Shown here: positions 58,466 through 64,000 of the stretch, piece by piece
How positions within the stretch are numbered: position 1 is the first letter of the stretch
Layout of the letters: each line of letters begins with the position of its first letter
Source of the DNA: Tubiluchus corallicola
Lineage: Eukaryota; Animalia; Priapulida
DNA: 64,000 nt
Assembly (NCBI GenBank): GCA_030141605.1
Contig: JAQGDQ010000055.1
Span: 248,001 to 312,000, forward strand
Reading direction: 5' to 3'
Notes under the pieces: model-generated
What the model was told of the DNA's origin: nothing
What the model saw: the letters and a program-made list of their open reading frames with translations, nothing else
Databases searched by the model: none
Translations under genes and position numbers: made by a program

Positions 58466-59954
58466 TATTTACTGTCAAAAACAGTGTCGATAATCTATAC
58501 ATATTTGTAAAGTTGCGCGCAGTACAAATTGAGATTTCGCTATCAGCAGTCGACCTTGTACTACTGTTCAACGACTGAGACGATACCGGTATCTAACTTA
58601 CAAACAACAATCATCTCAGGTAAGAGACTGAAATGGCAGATATCCCTCAAAAAAATAAACACACCAGGTGGCTGTACGGCCAGTCACTCATCTATTCAGT
58701 AATTAAGCTCAGCGCTATTAAACTTCAGTTGACATTCACTGACCGATTTGCTATTTTCTTCGCTCGAAAATTATATGAGAATATTCACACAGAATTTCAC
58801 CAGTACTAGTGGTTCATTTCAGCACCTGTTTCCAGTTGCTAGGCATTGCAGTTCCAATTAGTAATTAAGTGGGTAATGGTGATTAATGATTAATTAAAAC
58901 ACCCTGCACCGAATGTAGGTTTTTAAGGAACATTTCTATGAGCTAATTTACAAGACTAGTTGATTCAGTTGGCTCTTCGATAAAGATGGCTCTGCAGCCT
59001 TTTCATTAAATATAAAAACAACCGCGTCCTCGGTAGCTTTGTTCTCACAATGTGGTCTTACTGCAAAAATAAACGCAGAGTCTTGAAATAGTAAAAAATA
59101 TCATTTATTTTTTTGTGAACATTTTTGTTCCATATTTTACTTTCTTCTTTTTATAACCGCAAAACGTACATTTTGAATTTTTTTCGTTGAGTTTTGAGCG
59201 TCAGCTGCAATTTTACTTTTTTGTTTGAACGCTGCATTTCCTTTGGCAGAAGCAAGTCTTTCGTATAGCCTTTGCCAGAACTTATTATCGTTCTTTTCTC
59301 AAAAATAAAAGCACTTGTGGTGTGTTACAGATTCTGAGCTCTTGCACTCTGAGTGTTCGTTATTATGTAAAAAAAACTACCGCTAGTATTAGTTGTCAGT
59401 TTTAGAATGAATTATTAAAAAAATCTGCTTCCCGATTTTATTCTAGAAACTCTTGGTTAAACATCGCTTTAGCCGTGGGTTAAAATTTAAAAATTGACCA
59501 TGTTAAAATTTTCTATCAAGAGTTAGATCATTAAACATGTCGTTTACCTGATAAAGGGTTTTTTGTTTAAAAGGTTTTGTGCTGCACGAAAACATTGCAG
59601 TTTTTACATATTCATTTGCTTTATGTTGTAGAAGACAAGTTGGTATTTGATCTTTTCTAAGTTGATATATACGATTATAACGATTTTTTACGATTTTAAA
59701 TATAGATTTCATTAATGTTACTTTAATAGGAATTTTTTTTATAAAAACATTATTAATAATGATTTCAGTTGTTAGTTTTTGCGAAATTTATTAGTTATGT
59801 AAGTTTTTCCCTCGTCAGGGTATAAAGAGTTTTCAGCTACATGTTTTTCGTCTTTATCAACTTCAATGTGAGCTTTAGATGCTGTCTGCATCTGTCGGCG
59901 ATAAACGGAATCATTCACAACGGTATGTAATGATCAATCACTCATCGTTTATTT

Positions 59955-60225
59955 GGTACATAAAAGGCATACCAGTATATATAAAGGCATACTGGTGCAT
60001 AAAAGATATACTGGTACATGAAAGGTGTATTAGTGCTTAAAAGGTATACTTTGTACACAAAAGGTATATTAATACATAAAGGGTATAATAATACATAAAA
60101 GGTATATTAGTACATAAAAGGTATATTAGTACATAAAGGGTATATTAATACATACAGGGTATACTGGTATATAAAAGGTATATAAGTACATAAAAGGTAT
60201 ACTGATATATGAAAGGTATATTGTA
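59955..60225. repeat. About 20-bp minisatellite (TACATAAAAGGTATATTAG), about 13 copies
   Basis: Directly visible tandem array. Confidence 0.88.
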
Positions 60226-60386
60226 TAAGTCATAGTTATTGAGAAAATTACTATTACAATGATAACACCATCCATATGACAAACTATGTGACTGGCTAAC
60301 CTAGTAATGTCTACGCCCTCTAGGCTACTTTATTAAGCAACTTTACTTTGCTTGCAGGTTTTCTGATACTAAAGGTTGGTGCTCAC

Positions 60387-60488
60387 CTCCTGTTGCACAT
60401 CTACGTCAGCACCACTTTTTAGCAACATTTCTGCGCATTTTTCTCCGTCTTTAACCCTTGCAGCGATGTGTAGAGGTGTTTCCTCTAA
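60387..60488 (-). CDS. nompC: TRPN ankyrin exon
   Basis: LEETPLHIAARVKDGEKCAEMLLKSGADVDVQQE (NOMPC-typical ETPLHIAARVKDG); 102 bp, phase 0-0. Confidence 0.9.
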
Positions 60489-60879
60489 CTAAACATTAAC
60501 ACCATTATAATAATATTAAACATAAACATTAGTAATAGCATTATATAGCATCATAGCGTTATTATGCTTCCTTTTGAATATCAATGGCAAAACGTGCGTC
60601 CTAATTTTAGTAAGAATAGGCCAATAAGCTCTTCATTCACAAAAAACTTTTTACTCTTCTCTACTAATTTACAGTAATAAAATTTTCGACTTAAACTGAT
60701 TATTTTGCCATCACTTTCAAAAACGTGAACATTAACAAACAAGAACTCCAGAGATCTTGAAGTTAAGAGCAAAACATCAATTATTTTTACTATAAAATTA
60801 AATAACCACATGTTACACATGCGCATTACGATACCCGTAAATTCTGAAAGCAGCCCGAAGTGTGTTGCACTACACTTAC

Positions 60880-60981
60880 CTTTCCTCCTTTAATTTGCAC
60901 CTGCGCACCGTATCCTAGCAAAGTCTGTACAACCAGTGGCTTGCAATGCTGAACTGCAATGTGAATCGCAGTGTAGTTGTC
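60880..60981 (-). CDS. nompC: TRPN ankyrin exon
   Basis: DNYTAIHIAVQHCKPLVVQTLLGYGAQVQIKGGK; 102 bp, phase 0-0. Confidence 0.9.
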
Positions 60982-61135
60982 CTAAAAGAGTAAGTTGTGT
61001 GCCAATTTCAATTTTTTGCAGTATTGGAGTCAACAAAAAACGGTAACAGTAACAGTAACCGTATTAATAGCAGTAACAGTAACACTAAACTCAAAAAGCT
61101 ATTATACAAAAAATCAGGTTGATTGTATCACAAAC

Positions 61136-61234
61136 CTTTGTTTTGGCATCAACTATTGCACCTTTTTGTAGCAAAGCTTTGACGACAGCCGTGTGACCTC
61201 TTTTAGCTGCTGCATGCAAAGCAACTGCTCCAGA
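61136..61234 (-). CDS. nompC: TRPN ankyrin exon
   Basis: SGAVALHAAAKRGHTAVVKALLQKGAIVDAKTK; 99 bp, phase 0-0. Confidence 0.9.
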
Positions 61235-61508
61235 CTACAATATTAAAATTAATGTGTTAAAGGGGTGCCAGCTTTTCTTTCTTACTAATAGATGTTATAG
61301 CCACATTGTTCATAAATACTAGCTCCTGGTGTCGCCATCTACTGATATTATCAATAAACTAGCAAATACTTTTTAGAGCAAGCATTGTTAATTTTGTTAA
61401 TTGGTTTCTACGAAAGGTATACAATATTGTAATGTACGGAAACATTTAACTGATGAAAGCATGTCGGTATTTATAATTAGTTAGACATGAAAATGTAAAT
61501 CTCACGAC

Positions 61509-61607
61509 CTTATTTGGCATATGGAGAGGCACTCCTTTTTTCATGAAGGCAAGAGCGGTTTCCGGATGTCCGCATTGTGAGGCGATATGCATTAGGGTAC
61601 TACCATC
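61509..61607 (-). CDS. nompC: TRPN ankyrin exon
   Basis: DGSTLMHIASQCGHPETALAFMKKGVPLHMPNK; 99 bp, phase 0-0. Confidence 0.9.
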
Positions 61608-62740
61608 CTATGATAAAGGACACAGTACAGACACAATAGACAATTGACAATAAATTAGTTACGGTCATTTGGTCAGTTTATGGTTTAGTTGCTCAGTCAG
61701 TCAGTTAGCCACTCGGGTAGTCATTCATTCAGGTAATTAAACTACCAAACCTTCTTTCCCTACTTTCTTCCTTTGTCTTCACTGCTTCTTTTGTTTCTGC
61801 TTTCCTTTTTACATTCACCCTGTTTTTTCTTTCTTTTTCTCTCTTTTTCTTTGTTTGTTTGTTTGTTTGGTTATTTCTTCAATTATTTCTCAGTTTTTCC
61901 TCGATTTAATTTGCTTACATGCTTTGCTTCACTTTTGTCTTCTGTCCATCTCTCCGTATTTTTGTTTGTGGAACATTTGCTTTCATTTTTATTCATGTAT
62001 ACAATAACATCATTATTAATACCTGGAATTACCAGAGCACAAACTACCCGCCAGGAAAGGTGGCAGCACCGTGGCATTGGGCGGACATGTTTCTTTTGAG
62101 GTCCGTTAACAATTTTGGAAAATTGCAAAGTTTTTCTAATTTTTCACGTAACTAGCACGGTGCTGTTGATTAATTTATGTGAATAAAACTACTGTTATTT
62201 TGGGCAAACATTTTGGAGGAGTTTGATATACTTTTACAGGTTTGTAGATGCATATATTAGTTCCAAACTTGGCGGCTGGTTTGAAGAAACCAAAAAAAAT
62301 TGAAATAAGTTTTAAGATTTTATTCTGAAGTAGTGTCTACATAATCAGTGAAGTAGTATAATGTTGAAAAGCAAAAACAAGCGACCAAAATTACAGGTGA
62401 AATCAGTTCAGGTATGAAAACAGGTTTAGAAATTATGCATACATGAGGGCTGGAGAAGCCAATGAAATTTAAACAGTAAACAGGAATATTTAACAATTTT
62501 AACAAGAATGCACGAAAGTGGCAGCACTATGTAAAAGTAAAAAAAGAAAATGTACGATGAAACTATAATGTACAAATTTTGATTAATTAAAATAATTTTT
62601 TCTGTCCACCGGCCAATGTCGTAGAACTGTTCTGTAAGTTGGACTACAACTTTCGCAAATATTTCAAACTTTTCATGTCTAGCTTTAGACTAATGTTAGT
62701 GGCAGGCATTCTCCCGTATTGTGTAGCATTGCTTTCCTGT

Positions 62741-62960
62741 ATGGCGTCTAGTGGTATGAGTGCTGATCAGACTGAGTTTGATTCTAATACTGCAAATAAT
62801 TGCGCAGTCTGTCAAGCTTCGGTCGGACCAAAACAATCTGGCACCCAGTGTGAGGTTTGTCTCAAATGGAGTCATTGTCCTTGTGTAAAGTGGACACCTG
62901 AACAACGCAAGTTAGCTAAAAAAAATAACTGGATTCCACTGGAAATGTCCTTCACGCGAT
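62741..62960 (+). pseudogene. PHD-finger fragment, probably the N-terminus of a CR1/L2-type LINE ORF1
   Basis: NCAVCQ...TQCEVCLKWSHCPCV, then after a shift in an A run, ITGFHWKCPS. Confidence 0.55.
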
Positions 62961-63236
62961 GACCCTGATCTCTTTGGTAGTATACGTGACTTGAGTAAGG
63001 ACCATCTAAAACTGAAAACTAAGGTACACGAAGTCGCCCATAACGCCTCTACGGACTTCACTCCCTTCAATCTCTGGAAATTTCATCACACGTTTAAACT
63101 GACTTAGCTAAACGCAATAAACGGAAAATTAACCTTTCTGTTGTTGGTTTATCCCCTAGTTGCTGCCAACTAGATTTTTTTTGTGGAAAGTGAACATCGA
63201 TCCCTGAAGAAAAGATAAGTAAGCAAACATACCAAC

Positions 63237-63338
63237 CTTTGTCCTAGCAGAAACAGAAGCTTTGAATTTGTCAATGAGTCCCTCAACAATGTTGGTGTGA
63301 CCACGCTCTGCTGCTATATGTAAAGGAGACCGATCCAA
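63237..63338 (-). CDS. nompC: TRPN ankyrin exon (most 5' exon found in window; gene continues beyond 64000)
   Basis: LDRSPLHIAAERGHTNIVEGLIDKFKASVSARTK; 102 bp, phase 0-0. Confidence 0.9.
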
Positions 63339-64000
63339 CTAGTAACATAACAAACATAAATTATTCAAACATCTGCCAAAGTGCATGTTTAACTGCTTCT
63401 GTACAACCTAGCTAATATGCAAGAAGGAGTTGTAATTCTCTCATTTCAAAGTTGAAATTGAGAAAATAAGCACAAATTTGAAGATCCTAAGAGAACCCAT
63501 ACGAGAATTTTATTCTGCTTGGCATCGAGTTTTAGGCATTCAATAACTTGCAAACTACCACAAAAGTAGTAGATCTACGAAACTTGCAGGGTAGAGACAC
63601 TGGCTCAGACAACGGTACGGCTAAAAAAGCTGGGATTGTTTAAGGGTCCGAGGAAAGAGGCTAGATGTCAAAGTGCGAAAATTAGGGCAAACTGCTCAGT
63701 TACACCACGATGGACCAGACACAGGCATAGGTGATAAACACGGTCTGATGTGTGCACAGGGAAAAATGGCAAAATCGAAAAGTAGGAAAAAGTGTCACAT
63801 ATGTTATTTTGATGCAATTAATTTCCATAATAACGTTAGAATGCGCTCAGTAGAAAGTAAATCTCTGCCAAAGCCGAACCCTCCTAAACTTATTTGTCTG
63901 ATTATTTTGATTAAAAAATTAACACAAAGATAAACAAACAAACATACAAAAATGCGGCTGTATTTGTACCATATTGACTAGAGAAAGCTCACAAAAGATT

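Overview
Eukaryotic, AT-rich animal (invertebrate-like) genomic DNA with GT-AG introns; no prokaryotic features. It holds three host genes: (1) a 3-coding-exon galactose-3-O-sulfotransferase (GAL3ST-like, +, 1937-8899); (2) a 3-exon SLC45-family H+/sugar symporter (+, 15292-22795); (3) the 3' three quarters of a TRPN/NOMPC mechanosensory channel gene (-, 63338 to 28501, 5' part beyond the window). The TRPN gene has 23 ankyrin repeats on 21 symmetrical phase-0 exons, one large exon for the transmembrane region, and two apparently duplicated, mutually exclusive terminal exons (both contain a V-[IV]-D-W-x-x-V-V motif and both end D-x-D-L-T-stop). TRPN introns carry a young BEL/Pao LTR element (about 99% identical LTRs, 5-bp TSD, tRNA-Phe PBS, SAP-domain Gag, intact integrase, RT/RNaseH cleanly missing) and a 5'-truncated LOA-like LINE whose ORF gains an ATG from its own target-site duplication. 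Also present: an RTE LINE fragment, a probable solo LTR nested in a MITE, piggyBac-, hAT-, mariner-, Kolobok- and Helitron-like non-autonomous elements, and many micro/minisatellites. All coordinates were read by hand; no alignments or database searches were run.
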